Assembly: GCF_054482595.1 (NCBI RefSeq)
Contig: NZ_CM137008.1
Direction: 5' to 3' (one strand)
Length of the DNA stretch: 64,000 bases
A program made the translations under genes and the position numbers. This document shows, piece after piece, positions 14,968 through 30,082 of the stretch (positions are counted from its first letter, which is position 1; every line of letters starts with the position of its first letter). The notes below the pieces were generated by a model, which was given only the letters and a program-made list of their open reading frames with translations, did no database searches and had not been told where the DNA came from.

Positions 14968-15615
14968 GTGAAGCTATACATTTACGATCACTGCCCTTAC
15001 TGCCTCAAAGCCCGCATGATTTTCGGCCTGAAAAATATCCCCGTCGAATTACATGTTCTGCTCAACGACGATGCAGAAACACCCACCCGGATGGTCGGTC
15101 AAAAACAGGTTCCCATTCTGCAAAAAGATGACAGCCGCTATATGCCAGAAAGCATGGACATCGTTCACTATGTCGATAAACTCGACGGCAAACCGTTACT
15201 GACCGGCAAACGTTCCCCTGCCATTGAAGAGTGGCTGCGCAAGGTCAATGGCTACGCCAACAAACTGCTGTTGCCGCGTTTTGCCAAATCGGCATTTGAT
15301 GAGTTTTCTACTCCCGCCGCGCGCAAATATTTCGTCGACAAGAAAGAGGCCAGCGCGGGTAATTTTGCCGACCTGCTGGCCCACTCTGACGGTCTGATTA
15401 AGAATGTCAGCGATGATTTACGTGCGCTGGACAAACTGATCGTCAAACCGAACGCCGTGAATGGCGAACTTTCGGAAGATGATATTCAGCTATTTCCGCT
15501 ACTGCGTAATCTGACGCTGGTAGCCGGAATCAACTGGCCAAGCCGCGTTGCTGATTACCGCGATAATATGGCGAAACAGACACAAATCAATTTGTTATCA
15601 TCAATGGCGATTTAA
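14968..15615 (+). CDS. grxB: Glutaredoxin 2 GrxB (215 aa)
   Basis: ORF translation MKLYIYDHCPYCLKARMIFGLKNIPVELHV with CPYC active site. Confidence 0.96.
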   Translation: MKLYIYDHCPYCLKARMIFGLKNIPVELHVLLNDDAETPTRMVGQKQVPILQKDDSRYMPESMDIVHYVDKLDGKPLLTGKRSPAIEEWLRKVNGYANKLLLPRFAKSAFDEFSTPAARKYFVDKKEASAGNFADLLAHSDGLIKNVSDDLRALDKLIVKPNAVNGELSEDDIQLFPLLRNLTLVAGINWPSRVADYRDNMAKQTQINLLSSMAI

Positions 15616-15748
15616 TCCTGACCCGCCGCGGCAGCCTGTATTCGCGGGTTGCCGCCGTTTTCAGTTTTTTCTGCTGGCGAGTCTATCGCTGGTGACACAT
15701 GCTGCGTTGTGTCAGGATATTGACGCAGATTTCATGTCGAGGACTACC

Positions 15749-16309
15749 ATGAACAAGTTTTTATTTGCCGCTGCATTGATCGTCAGTGGCCTGCTCGTTG
15801 GCTGTAATCAACTCACCCAATACACCATCACCGAACAAGAAATTAACCAGTCGCTTGCGAAACATAATAATTTCTCAAAAGATATCGGTTTACCCGGCGT
15901 GGCTGACGCCCATATTGTTCTGACAAACCTGACCAGCCAAATTGGTCGCGAAGAGCCGAATAAGGTTACCCTAACCGGAGACGCCAATCTGGACATGAAC
16001 TCCCTGTTCGGTAGTCAGAAAGCGACCATGAAACTGAAGCTGAAAGCGCTGCCCGTGTTTGATAAAGAAAAAGGTGCGATCTTCCTGAAAGAGATGGAAG
16101 TGGTCGATGCGACGGTACAACCGGAAAAAATGCAAACGGTGATGCAAACGTTGCTTCCCTATCTGAACCAGGCATTACGCAATTACTTTAACCAGCAACC
16201 TTCTTACGTCCTGCGCGAAGATGGCAGCCAGGGCGAAGCAATGGCGAAAAAACTGGCGAAAGGCATTGAAGTGAAGCCAGGCGAAATTGTCATTCCATTT
16301 ACTGATTAA
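15749..16309 (+). CDS. yceB: Lipoprotein YceB (186 aa)
   Basis: Translation from ATG 15749 MNKFLFAAALIVSGLLVGC with lipobox; ORF track extended upstream into grxB. Confidence 0.92.
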   Translation: MNKFLFAAALIVSGLLVGCNQLTQYTITEQEINQSLAKHNNFSKDIGLPGVADAHIVLTNLTSQIGREEPNKVTLTGDANLDMNSLFGSQKATMKLKLKALPVFDKEKGAIFLKEMEVVDATVQPEKMQTVMQTLLPYLNQALRNYFNQQPSYVLREDGSQGEAMAKKLAKGIEVKPGEIVIPFTD

Positions 16310-16346
16310 TCACGAGGGCGCATTCGCGCCCTTTATTTTTCGTGCA

Positions 16347-16362
16347 AAGGAAAACGTTTCCG
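16347..16362. promoter_or_regulatory. Putative PurR operator upstream of pyrC
   Basis: aggaaaACGTTTccgc palindromic core AAACGTTT resembling pur box; pyrC is a known PurR target. Confidence 0.4.
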
Positions 16363-16376
16363 CTTATCCTTTGTGT

Positions 16377-16403
16377 CCGGCAAAAACATCCCTTCAGCCG
16401 GAG
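16377..16403 (+). promoter_or_regulatory. pyrC leader hairpin sequestering the Shine-Dalgarno sequence
   Basis: CCGGC (16377-16381) can pair with GCCGG (16397-16401), which overlaps GGAG 11 nt upstream of pyrC ATG; fits the known start-site-switching translational control. Confidence 0.45.
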
Positions 16404-16414
16404 CATAGAGATTA

Positions 16415-17461
16415 ATGACTGCACCATCCCAGGTATTAAAGATCCGCCGCCCAGACGACTGGCACCTTCACCTCCGCGATGGCGACATGTTAAAAACTGT
16501 CGTGCCGTATACCAGCGAAATTTATGGACGGGCTATCGTAATGCCCAATCTGGCTCCGCCCGTGACCACCGTTGAGGCTGCCGTGGCGTATCGCCAACGT
16601 ATTCTTGACGCCGTACCTGCCGGGCACGATTTCACCCCATTGATGACCTGTTATTTAACAGATTCGCTGGATCCTAATGAGCTGGAGCGCGGATTTAACG
16701 AAGGCGTGTTCACCGCTGCAAAACTTTACCCGGCAAACGCAACCACTAACTCCAGCCACGGCGTGACGTCAATTGACGCAATCATGCCGGTACTTGAGCG
16801 CATGGAAAAAATCGGTATGCCGCTACTGGTGCATGGTGAAGTGACACATGCAGATATCGACATTTTTGATCGTGAAGCGCGCTTTATAGAAAGCGTGATG
16901 GAACCTCTGCGCCAGCGCCTGACTGCGCTGAAAGTCGTTTTTGAGCACATCACCACCAAAGATGCTGCCGACTATGTCCGTGACGGAAATGAACGGCTGG
17001 CTGCCACCATCACTCCTCAGCATCTGATGTTTAACCGCAACCATATGCTGGTTGGAGGCTTGCGTCCGCACCTGTATTGTCTACCCATCCTCAAACGCAA
17101 TATTCACCAACAGGCACTGCGTGAACTGGTCGCCAGCGGTTTTAATCGAGTATTCCTCGGTACGGATTCTGCGCCACATGCACGTCATCGCAAAGAGAGC
17201 ACCTGCGGCTGCGCGGGCTGCTTCAACGCCCCAACCGCGCTGGGCAGTTACGCTACCGTCTTTGAAGAGATGAATGCTCTGCAGCACTTTGAAGCATTCT
17301 GTTCTGTAAATGGCCCGCAGTTCTATGGGTTGCCGGTCAACGACACATTCATCGAACTGGTACGTGAAGAGCATCAGGTTGCTGAAAGCATCGCACTGAC
17401 AGATGACACGCTGGTGCCATTCCTCGCCGGGGAAACGGTACGCTGGTCCGTTAAACAATAA
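16415..17461 (+). CDS. pyrC: Dihydroorotase PyrC (348 aa)
   Basis: ORF translation [26 protein letters not shown], HxH metal-binding motif. Confidence 0.97.
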   Translation: MTAPSQVLKIRRPDDWHLHLRDGDMLKTVVPYTSEIYGRAIVMPNLAPPVTTVEAAVAYRQRILDAVPAGHDFTPLMTCYLTDSLDPNELERGFNEGVFTAAKLYPANATTNSSHGVTSIDAIMPVLERMEKIGMPLLVHGEVTHADIDIFDREARFIESVMEPLRQRLTALKVVFEHITTKDAADYVRDGNERLAATITPQHLMFNRNHMLVGGLRPHLYCLPILKRNIHQQALRELVASGFNRVFLGTDSAPHARHRKESTCGCAGCFNAPTALGSYATVFEEMNALQHFEAFCSVNGPQFYGLPVNDTFIELVREEHQVAESIALTDDTLVPFLAGETVRWSVKQ

Positions 17462-17497
17462 AAATCGTAGCTTCCTGTTGTCATTAGGTTATTTTAC

Positions 17498-17513
17498 CTG
17501 TATAAATAACCAG
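17498..17513. promoter_or_regulatory. LexA box (SOS operator) of dinI
   Basis: CTGTATAAATAACCAG = CTG-N10-CAG with TA-rich spacer, 22 nt upstream of dinI ATG. Confidence 0.75.
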
Positions 17514-17534
17514 TATATTCAACAGGGGGCTATT

Positions 17535-17780
17535 ATGCGAATTGAAGTCACCATAGCGAAAACTTCTCCATTGCCAGCTGGGGCTATTGACGCCCTGGCT
17601 GGCGAACTTTCCCGCCGTATTCAGTATGCGTTTCCTGATAATGAAGGCCACGTATCGGTACGTTACGCCGCAGCGAATAATTTATCGGTTATTGGCGCGA
17701 CAAAAGAAGATAAACAGCGCATTAGCGAAATTCTCCAGGAAACGTGGGAAAGCGCCGATGACTGGTTTGTCAGCGAATAA
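17535..17780 (+). CDS. dinI: DNA damage-inducible protein DinI (81 aa)
   Basis: Translation MRIEVTIAKTSPLPAGAIDALAGELSRRIQYAF; ORF track extended upstream into pyrC. Confidence 0.95.
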   Translation: MRIEVTIAKTSPLPAGAIDALAGELSRRIQYAFPDNEGHVSVRYAAANNLSVIGATKEDKQRISEILQETWESADDWFVSE

Positions 17781-17801
17781 TATGCAGTGATTTTTGTTTT
17801 T

Positions 17802-17824
17802 GCCGGGTCGCCCCGGCTTTTTTA
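17802..17824 (+). terminator. Rho-independent terminator of dinI
   Basis: GCCGGG-tcgc-CCCGGC stem-loop followed by TTTTTTA. Confidence 0.7.
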
Positions 17825-18069
17825 TTTTACTTACAAATTTTGAGTACAAAATTTCTACACTTCCTCAAAATAATTGCACAATATGCTAAAAAAATATGAA
17901 TGACATGCTGTTTTATTGTTCATATAAATCTTAAAAGCAGAAATTTATCTGTTTCCCCCTTTAAAAATTCGGTGAATACCCTTACTTATTGGTATACTGA
18001 AGTTGCTTCAGATAAAAACGCATTGAACCTCGAATAACGTTGTCTAGTAACACGAATTAGGGGGCCATG

Positions 18070-18324
18070 ATGGAAAAAAATAATGAAGTCATTCAGACTC
18101 ATCCGCTCGTAGGGTGGGACATCAGCACCGTTGATAGCTATGATGCGCTGATGTTGCGTTTGCACTACCAGACCCCAAATAAGTCCGAGCAGGAAGGGAC
18201 TGAAGTTGGTCAGACGCTCTGGTTAACCACTGATGTTGCCAGACAATTTATTTCGATATTAGAAGCAGGAATCGCCAAAATTGAATCCGGTGATTTCCCG
18301 GTAAACGAGTATCGGCGTCATTAA
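18070..18324 (+). CDS. bssS: Biofilm regulator BssS (84 aa)
   Basis: Translation MEKNNEVIQTHPLVGWDISTVDSYDALMLRLHYQ; tandem ATG at 18067/18070. Confidence 0.93.
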   Translation: MEKNNEVIQTHPLVGWDISTVDSYDALMLRLHYQTPNKSEQEGTEVGQTLWLTTDVARQFISILEAGIAKIESGDFPVNEYRRH

Positions 18325-18438
18325 CATGACATGACCATCCACCCAAAAGGCACCTCACCGGTGCCTTTACCATTTCTGGGTTGTATATCTGCATTCAGTT
18401 AATTACTCTGCTTAAACCATGAGAGCAGAGAGAAAAAA

Positions 18439-19557
18439 ATGAAATACGATCTCATCATTATTGGCAGCGGTTCCGTAGGCGCTGCCGCCGGGTATTATGC
18501 AACCCGCGCCGGTTTAAACGTGCTTATGACCGACGCCCATATGCCACCACATCAACACGGCAGCCACCACGGCGATACGCGATTAATTCGCCATGCTTAT
18601 GGTGAAGGCGAAAAGTATGTCCCGCTGGTCCTCCGCGCACAAACGCTGTGGGATGACCTCTCCCGCCACAACGAAGATGATCCCATTTTTGTACGCTCTG
18701 GTGTCATTAACCTTGGCCCGGCTGACTCCGCATTTCTCGCCAACGTCGCCCACAGCGCCGAACAGTGGCAACTCAACGTTGAAAAGCTCGATGCGCAAGG
18801 GATTATGGCCCGCTGGCCAGAAATACGCGTCCCGGACAACTACATCGGCTTATTTGAGACTGATTCCGGTTTTTTGCGCAGCGAACTGGCGATTAAAACC
18901 TGGATCCAACTGGCGAAGGAAGCGGGCTGTGCGCAACTGTTCAACTGCCCGGTCACCGCAATTCGTCATGAGGATGATGGCGTAACTATTGAAACTGCTG
19001 ATGGTGAGTATCAGGCGAAAAAAGCGATTGTCTGCGCGGGAACATGGGTAAAAGACCTGCTCCCGGAGCTGCCTGTCCAGCCCGTACGTAAAGTATTTGC
19101 CTGGTATCAGGCCGATGGCCGCTATAGCGTGAAGAATAAATTCCCGGCGTTTACCGGTGAACTGCCCAATGGCGATCAATATTATGGTTTTCCGGCAGAA
19201 AACGACGCGTTGAAGATTGGCAAACATAACGGAGGCCAGGTTATCCATTCAGCGGATGAACGTGTTCCGTTTGCGGAAGTGGCCAGTGATGGGTCAGAAG
19301 CCTTCCCGTTCTTGCGCAATGTATTGCCGGGTATCGGTTGCTGCCTGTACGGCGCTGCCTGCACCTATGATAATTCGCCTGACGAAGATTTTATTATCGA
19401 TACCCTACCCGACCACGATAATACACTGCTCATTACCGGCCTGAGTGGGCACGGTTTTAAATTTTCGTCAGTTTTAGGGGAAATAGCTGCCGATTTTGCG
19501 CAAAACAAAAAAAGCGATTTTGATTTGACGCCATTCAGGCTTTCCCGCTTCCAATAA
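18439..19557 (+). CDS. solA: N-methyl-L-tryptophan oxidase SolA (372 aa)
   Basis: ORF translation [25 protein letters not shown] with FAD-binding GxGxxG. Confidence 0.96.
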
Positions 19558-19565
19558 TCATCATT

Positions 19566-19591
19566 ACGGCCTCCAGAATGAGGCCGTTTTT
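19566..19591 (+). terminator. Rho-independent terminator after solA
   Basis: ACGGCCTC-cagaat-GAGGCCGT followed by TTTT. Confidence 0.6.
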
Positions 19592-19718
19592 ACAGGAGTA
19601 TTTAATGCGTCGGCTGTTGCACTATCTCATCAATAATATTCGCGAGCATCTGATGCTTTATCTTTTTCTCTGGGGATTGTTGGCAATTATGGATCTGATC
19701 TATGTGTTTTATTTTTAG
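19578..19718 (+). CDS. yceO: Small protein YceO (46 aa)
   Basis: Small [49 protein letters not shown], too short for ORF track; start lies inside the solA terminator hairpin. Confidence 0.55.
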
Positions 19719-19978
19719 TTTTCCGCACTGACATAAACTGACAAATATTTAATCTCCCTTTCATTTAGCGTGAAAAATTGAATGAGATTATTCCTGCTTC
19801 TACAGCACTCACCAGACACCTCTGATGCTGAACCCACTAAACTTATGAAGATTCTTTCATTATTAATTCAAAATTATTGAAATAAAAATAAATATCATTC
19901 AATTTGTTATTTTTGTGTTGCAATTCATTCTCCGACACGCCATTTTCTTTCTCTCGCAAATTCGTTTTGGATGCACTT

Positions 19979-20545
19979 ATGTCATTCACAAATACCCCTG
20001 AACGCTATGGTGTTATATCTGCGGCCTTCCATTGGCTAAGCGCAATTATTGTCTACGGCATGTTTGCTTTAGGTCTGTGGATGGTCACGCTCAGTTATTA
20101 CGATGGCTGGTATCACAAAGCACCCGAACTGCATAAAAGCATCGGTATTTTGTTAATGATGGGGCTGGTTATTCGCGTTCTGTGGCGTGTCATATCTCCA
20201 CCGCCGGGTCCGCTGCCGAGTTATTCGCCCATGACTCGTCTTGCCGCAAAAGCTGGACATCTCGCATTGTACCTATTGCTGTTCGCCATCGGCATCAGCG
20301 GCTATCTGATCTCAACTGCCGATGGTAAACCGATCAGCGTTTTTGGCTGGTTTGACGTCCCCGCGACCCTTGCCGACGCTGGCGCACAGGCAGACTTTGC
20401 CGGTGCCCTGCATTTTTGGCTCGCGTGGAGCGTCGTAGTACTGTCCGTTATGCACGGATTTATGGCCCTGAAGCATCATTTCATCGATAAAGACGACACT
20501 CTGAAGCGCATGCTGGGAAAGTCGTCATCTGACTATGGAGTATAA
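19979..20545 (+). CDS. yceJ: Cytochrome b561 family protein YceJ (188 aa)
   Basis: Translation MSFTNTPERYGVISAAFHWLSAIIVYGMFALGLWM; ORF track extended 25 codons upstream. Confidence 0.93.
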   Translation: MSFTNTPERYGVISAAFHWLSAIIVYGMFALGLWMVTLSYYDGWYHKAPELHKSIGILLMMGLVIRVLWRVISPPPGPLPSYSPMTRLAAKAGHLALYLLLFAIGISGYLISTADGKPISVFGWFDVPATLADAGAQADFAGALHFWLAWSVVVLSVMHGFMALKHHFIDKDDTLKRMLGKSSSDYGV

Positions 20546-20548
20546 AAA

Positions 20549-21124
20549 ATGAAAAAAAGCCTGCTTGGTTTAACCTTCGCGTCCCTGATGTTCTCTGCCG
20601 GTTCAGCGGTTGCCGCCGATTACAAAATTGACAAAGAAGGTCAGCACGCCTTTGTTAACTTCCGCATCCAGCATCTTGGCTATAGCTGGTTATATGGCAC
20701 CTTTAAAGATTTCGACGGTACTTTTACCTTTGATGAAAAAAATCCAGCTGCCGATAAAGTGAATGTGACAATTAAGACCACCAGCGTCGATACTAACCAC
20801 GCCGAACGCGATAAACATCTTCGCAGTGCAGATTTCCTCAATACCGCAAAATATCCACAGGCAACATTCACCTCCACCAGCGTGAAGAAAGACGGTGACG
20901 AACTGGATATTACCGGCGATCTGACGCTGAATGGTGTAACCAAACCCGTCACGCTGGAAGCGAAATTAATTGGTCAGGGCGACGACCCGTGGGGTGGTAA
21001 ACGTGCAGGCTTCGAGGCCGAAGGCAAAATTAAGCTCAAGGACTTCAATATCAAGACAGATTTAGGTCCAGCTTCTCAGGAAGTGGATCTGATTATTTCA
21101 GTGGAAGGCGTACAGCAGAAGTAA
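20549..21124 (+). CDS. yceI: Periplasmic polyisoprenoid-binding protein YceI (191 aa)
   Basis: ORF translation [38 protein letters not shown]; signal peptide. Confidence 0.95.
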   Translation: MKKSLLGLTFASLMFSAGSAVAADYKIDKEGQHAFVNFRIQHLGYSWLYGTFKDFDGTFTFDEKNPAADKVNVTIKTTSVDTNHAERDKHLRSADFLNTAKYPQATFTSTSVKKDGDELDITGDLTLNGVTKPVTLEAKLIGQGDDPWGGKRAGFEAEGKIKLKDFNIKTDLGPASQEVDLIISVEGVQQK

Positions 21125-21134
21125 GAGTGAAATG

Positions 21135-21159
21135 TTGCCGGATGGCACGCATCCGGCAA
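21135..21159. terminator. Hairpin between convergent yceI and trhO (likely bidirectional terminator)
   Basis: TTGCCGGATG-gcacg-CATCCGGCAA between the two stop codons. Confidence 0.5.
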
Positions 21160-21165
21160 TGATAT

Positions 21166-22218
21166 TTATTCTGTTGGATCAGGAATGCCCAGTGTTGTAT
21201 TCAGACGTCCACGAGACTTATTAAAGATCTTATTGCCATTTTCACGTCCTGCCCGACGGCGTCTCTGTTCTTCTGGCGGTAACGCGCTTTCTTCGCAGCA
21301 AATTTCACTACAACAACCTTTGTATTTTTCCGCGCATACTGGACACTGAATAAACAGCAGGTGGCAGCCATCATTTTTACAGTTGGTATGGCTGTCGCAC
21401 GGCGCACCGCACTGGTGGCAATGCGCGATAATCTCATCCGATATACGTTCGCCCATCCGCTCGTCAAAAACAAAATTTTTGCCAATAAAACGCACCGGCA
21501 AGCCCTGCTCGCGCGCCTTACGGGCGTATTCAATAATTCCGCCCTCGATATGCCAGACTTTGTTGAATCCGTTATGTTTCATCCAGGCACTGGCCTTTTC
21601 ACAACGAATGCCGCCGGTGCAGTACATGACGATTTTTTTATCTTTATGTGCCTGCATCATCTCGACTGCTTTTGGCAGCTGCTCACGGAAGGTATCTGCC
21701 GGAATTTCGAGCGCGTTTTCAAAGTGCCCCACTTCATACTCATAGTGGTTACGCATGTCGATAAATAGTGCATCGGGATCGTCAAGCATGGCGTTCACTT
21801 CCGCCGCTTGCAGATACTCACCAACATTGCTGGCATCAAAGTGAGGATCGTCAATACCGTCGGCAACGATACGATCGCGGACCTTCATGCGCAGTACCCA
21901 GAAAGATTTCCCATCATCATCCAACGCGATATTCAGGCGTAAACCCTCTAAAGCCGGGTCGAAGGCATAGAGCTGCGCGCGAAATGTTTCAACATTGCTC
22001 GCTGGTACGCTGATTTGCGCGTTAATGCCCTCATGCGCCAGATACACTCGCCCAAAAACATTCAGCGCGGTAAACAGCTGATATAAAGCGTCACGGGTCG
22101 CCTTAGGATCGGCGATGTGGAAATACTTGTAAAACGAAATGGTGGTTCGCGGTTCGCTCTCAGCCAACATTTTGGCTTTTAACGCGTCGTTGGAAATGCG
22201 GTTGTGTAACACTGGCAT
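21166..22218 (-). CDS. trhO: tRNA uridine(34) hydroxylase TrhO (YceA), rhodanese domain (350 aa)
   Basis: Translation from ATG 22218 [33 protein letters not shown]; Cys-rich C-terminus; ORF track extended 18 codons. Confidence 0.93.
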
Positions 22219-22442
22219 GGTGTACGGTTCCTGCGAGATGGGAAAGTAAAAATCCGCGGCATGATATAGCAATTATCGATAATTAACATCCACACATTTT
22301 ACGCTACATTTGCGCATTAAAAATTATTTGTTATTTACAAGCGCGGCAATTTCGCCCAGTCTTCAGCCACAAATTTTGGTTGCGGGCGAAAAAATGCGAC
22401 AATACATACAATTGCCCGAATAGGTTGAAAAACAGGATTGAT

Positions 22443-23363
22443 ATGACGAATCTACCCAAGTTCTCCACCGCACTGCTTCATCCGCGTTATTGGTTAACCT
22501 GGTTGGGTATTGGCGTACTTTGGTTAGTCGTGCAATTGCCCTACCCGGTTATCTACCACCTCGGTTGTGGATTAGGAAAACTGGCGTTACGTTTTATGAA
22601 ACGACGCGCAAAAATTGTGCATCGCAACCTGGAACTGTGCTTCCCGGAAATGAGCGAACAAGAACGCCGTAAAATGGTGGTGAAGAATTTCGAATCCGTT
22701 GGCATGGGCCTGATGGAAACTGGCATGGCGTGGTTCTGGCCGGACCGCCGAATCGCCCGCTGGACGGAAGTGATCGGCATGGAACACATTCGTGACGTGC
22801 AGGCGCAAAAACGCGGCATCCTGTTAGTTGGTATCCATTTTCTGACACTGGAGCTGGGTGCGCGGCAGTTTGGTATGCAGGAACCAGGGATTGGCGTTTA
22901 CCGCCCGAACGATAATCCACTGATTGACTGGCTACAAACCTGGGGCCGTTTGCGCTCAAATAAATCGATGCTCGACCGCAAAGATTTAAAAGGCATGATT
23001 AAAGCCCTGAAAAAAGGCGAAGTGGTCTGGTACGCACCGGATCATGATTACGGCCCGCGCTCAAGCGTTTTCGTCCCGTTGTTTGCCGTTGAGCAGGCTG
23101 CGACCACGACCGGAACCTGGATGCTGGCACGGATGTCCGGCGCATGTCTGGTGCCCTTCGTTCCACGCCGTAAGCCAGATGGCAAAGGGTATCAATTGAT
23201 TATGCTGCCGCCAGAGTGTTCTCCGCCACTGGATGATGCCGAAACTACCGCCGCGTGGATGAACAAAGTGGTCGAAAAATGCATCATGATGGCACCAGAG
23301 CAATATATGTGGTTACACCGTCGCTTTAAAACACGCCCGGAAGGCGTTCCTTCACGCTATTAA
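22443..23363 (+). CDS. lpxL: Lipid A biosynthesis lauroyltransferase LpxL (HtrB), 306 aa
   Basis: Translation from ATG 22443 [30 protein letters not shown]. Confidence 0.95.
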   Translation: MTNLPKFSTALLHPRYWLTWLGIGVLWLVVQLPYPVIYHLGCGLGKLALRFMKRRAKIVHRNLELCFPEMSEQERRKMVVKNFESVGMGLMETGMAWFWPDRRIARWTEVIGMEHIRDVQAQKRGILLVGIHFLTLELGARQFGMQEPGIGVYRPNDNPLIDWLQTWGRLRSNKSMLDRKDLKGMIKALKKGEVVWYAPDHDYGPRSSVFVPLFAVEQAATTTGTWMLARMSGACLVPFVPRRKPDGKGYQLIMLPPECSPPLDDAETTAAWMNKVVEKCIMMAPEQYMWLHRRFKTRPEGVPSRY

Positions 23364-23370
23364 ATCTTCC

Positions 23371-23401
23371 ATGCCGGATGCTTCAGAATGGCATCCGGCA
23401 T
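23371..23401. terminator. Hairpin downstream of lpxL
   Basis: ATGCCGGATGC-ttcagaatg-GCATCCGGCAT 8 nt after lpxL stop; same GCCGGATG/CATCCGGC arms as hairpin at 21135. Confidence 0.5.
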
Positions 23402-23534
23402 TACCACAGCAAATCCCCCTGATTTAGCGATAAAAGCTCTCTGGATTGCGCCCCCTGGAAGTCGGGCGCATAATTAGTGTGCTTATCTTTTCTTCTTATG
23501 TTCACCGCGCCTGGCGCACCAACAGCGGATTGCT

Positions 23535-24761
23535 ATGTCACCCTGTGAAAATGACACCCCTATAAACTGGAAACGAAACCTGATCGTCGCCTGGCTAGGC
23601 TGTTTTCTTACCGGTGCCGCCTTCAGTCTGGTAATGCCCTTCTTACCCCTCTACGTTGAGCAGCTTGGCGTTACCGGTCACTCCGCCCTGAATATGTGGT
23701 CCGGTATTGTCTTCAGCATTACATTTTTATTTTCGGCCATCGCTTCACCGTTTTGGGGTGGGCTCGCCGACCGTAAAGGCCGAAAACTCATGCTATTACG
23801 CTCTGCTCTCGGCATGGGCATCGTGATGGTGTTGATGGGACTGGCACAAAATATCTGGCAGTTTTTGATCCTGCGGGCGCTTCTTGGGTTACTTGGCGGA
23901 TTTGTCCCCAACGCTAATGCTCTTATCGCCACACAAGTACCGCGTAATAAAAGCGGCTGGGCACTGGGTACGCTCTCCACAGGCGGCGTTAGCGGCGCGT
24001 TGCTCGGCCCAATGGCTGGCGGTTTGCTCGCCGATAGCTACGGCTTACGTCCGGTATTCTTTATTACCGCCAGTGTGCTCATACTCTGCTTTTTCGTCAC
24101 CCTGTTCTGCATCAGAGAAAAATTCCAGCCGGTCAGCAAAAAAGAGATGCTGCACATGCGGGAAGTGGTGACATCACTTAAAAACCCGAAACTGGTACTC
24201 AGCCTGTTTGTCACTACGTTAATCATCCAAGTGGCGACGGGCTCAATTGCCCCCATTCTGACGCTGTATGTCCGCGAACTGGCGGGTAACGTCAGTAACG
24301 TCGCCTTTATCAGTGGCATGATCGCCTCGGTGCCAGGCGTGGCGGCTCTGCTGAGTGCACCACGACTCGGCAAACTTGGCGATCGAATCGGCCCCGAAAA
24401 GATCCTGATTACGGCGCTGATCTTTTCTGTACTGCTGTTGATCCCAATGTCTTACGTTCAGACGCCATTGCAACTTGGGATTTTACGTTTTTTGCTCGGT
24501 GCCGCCGATGGTGCACTACTCCCCGCCGTACAGACACTGTTGGTTTACAACTCGAGCAACCAAATCGCCGGACGTATCTTCAGCTATAACCAATCGTTTC
24601 GTGATATTGGCAACGTTACCGGACCATTGATGGGAGCAGCGATTTCAGCGAACTACGGTTTCAGAGCGGTATTTCTCGTCACCGCTGGCGTAGTGTTATT
24701 CAACGCAGTCTATTCATGGAACAGTCTACGTCGTCGTCGAATACCCCAGGTATCGAACTGA
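23535..24761 (+). CDS. mdtG: MFS multidrug efflux transporter MdtG (408 aa)
   Basis: ORF translation [36 protein letters not shown]. Confidence 0.95.
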
Positions 24762-24843
24762 TTTTTCGCCTTTCATACTTGCAAAAGCGGAGAATCAGCT
24801 ATCCTTTTCCCTGAAACCTCATCAACTCAAAGGGAGAATCGTG

Positions 24844-25218
24844 ATGACCATGTACGCAACGCTTGAAGAAGCCATTGACGCTGCACGCGAAGAATTTCTT
24901 GCAGACAACCCCGGCATCGACGCCGAAGATGCGAATGTGCAACAGTTCAATGCCCAAAAATACGTTTTGCAGGACGGCGACATCATGTGGCAAGTTGAGT
25001 TTTTTGCCGACGAAGGTGAAGAAGGTGAATGTTTACCTATGCTTAGCGGTGAAGCCGCGCAAAGTGTTTTTAATGGCGACTATGATGAGATAGAGATCCG
25101 CCAGGAGTGGCAGGAAGAGAATACATTACATGAATGGGACGAGGGGGAATTTCAGCTTGAGCCACCGCTGGATACCGAGGAAGGACGCGCAGCAGCTGAT
25201 GAGTGGGATGAACGTTAA
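24844..25218 (+). CDS. msyB: Acidic protein MsyB (124 aa)
   Basis: Translation MTMYATLEEAIDAAREEFLADNPGIDAED; highly acidic C-terminus. Confidence 0.93.
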   Translation: MTMYATLEEAIDAAREEFLADNPGIDAEDANVQQFNAQKYVLQDGDIMWQVEFFADEGEEGECLPMLSGEAAQSVFNGDYDEIEIRQEWQEENTLHEWDEGEFQLEPPLDTEEGRAAADEWDER

Positions 25219-25446
25219 TTACTCATACGGGCCATGATGAATGTCGATCGGCAGCAGTAAAGTATCAAAAACCAGGGAGAATGGCAGATCAAGGATTGTG
25301 ACATAACGCCAGGCGGAGTCACGCACATCCCATTGCACACCGGGATAATATTGGTTGCCATGCCCCTGCCCCGGTATAGTGCGGCTAATGATGCTGCCAC
25401 AGCCACTCAGCAAGGTCACCATGATGCTCACCACAATTAAACGCAT
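25219..25446 (-). CDS. yceK: Lipoprotein YceK (75 aa)
   Basis: ORF translation MRLIVVSIMVTLLSGCGSIISRTIPGQG with lipobox. Confidence 0.9.
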   Translation of the reverse strand: MRLIVVSIMVTLLSGCGSIISRTIPGQGHGNQYYPGVQWDVRDSAWRYVTILDLPFSLVFDTLLLPIDIHHGPYE

Positions 25447-25469
25447 TTGATACCTCTTCCGTAAAAAAA

Positions 25470-25494
25470 TACCGGCATAACGCCGGTATTTTTA
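25470..25494. terminator. Bidirectional rho-independent terminator (downstream of opgGH)
   Basis: A7-TACCGGC-ataac-GCCGGTA-T5: symmetric A/T tracts flanking a GC stem. Confidence 0.7.
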
Positions 25495-25500
25495 TTGGCT

Positions 25501-25599
25501 CGTTGTTTTTGCCAGATGTGGCGTGAACGCCTTATCCGACCTACAAAATCTTGCAAAATCAACACATTGCAGGAGCGATGTAGGCCTGATAAGCATAGC
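25501..25599. repeat. Pair of REP elements (BIME-like)
   Basis: gccagatgtggcgtgaacgccttatccgacctac and gatgtaggcctgataagcatagcgcatcaggca in inverted arrangement. Confidence 0.65.
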
Positions 25600-25618
25600 G
25601 CATCAGGCAACTACGTTT

Positions 25619-29801
<4,183 letters not shown>

Positions 29802-30082
29802 TCAGCACGCTGGCTCATGGATTAAGCACCTGATTGCAACCGTTTTCACTTTCCGTGCTTCTCCTAAAGACAGAAGCATCGACTTCGTGTAGGGTTTGCC
29901 AGCAAATTTATTTATCAACCGTCTTACAGACGCTTCCATTCTGGTTAGTGGTAGCGATGATGCTATGCATAAAAACTTGAAGCCTGCGCCTGGCGCGGTC
30001 AGGTCGGTGTCGCTATGGCAACAAGCCTAAAGGCATAACCCGACAGGGATAAGACGAAAAATCCGAGATTAGTTAACCATAT

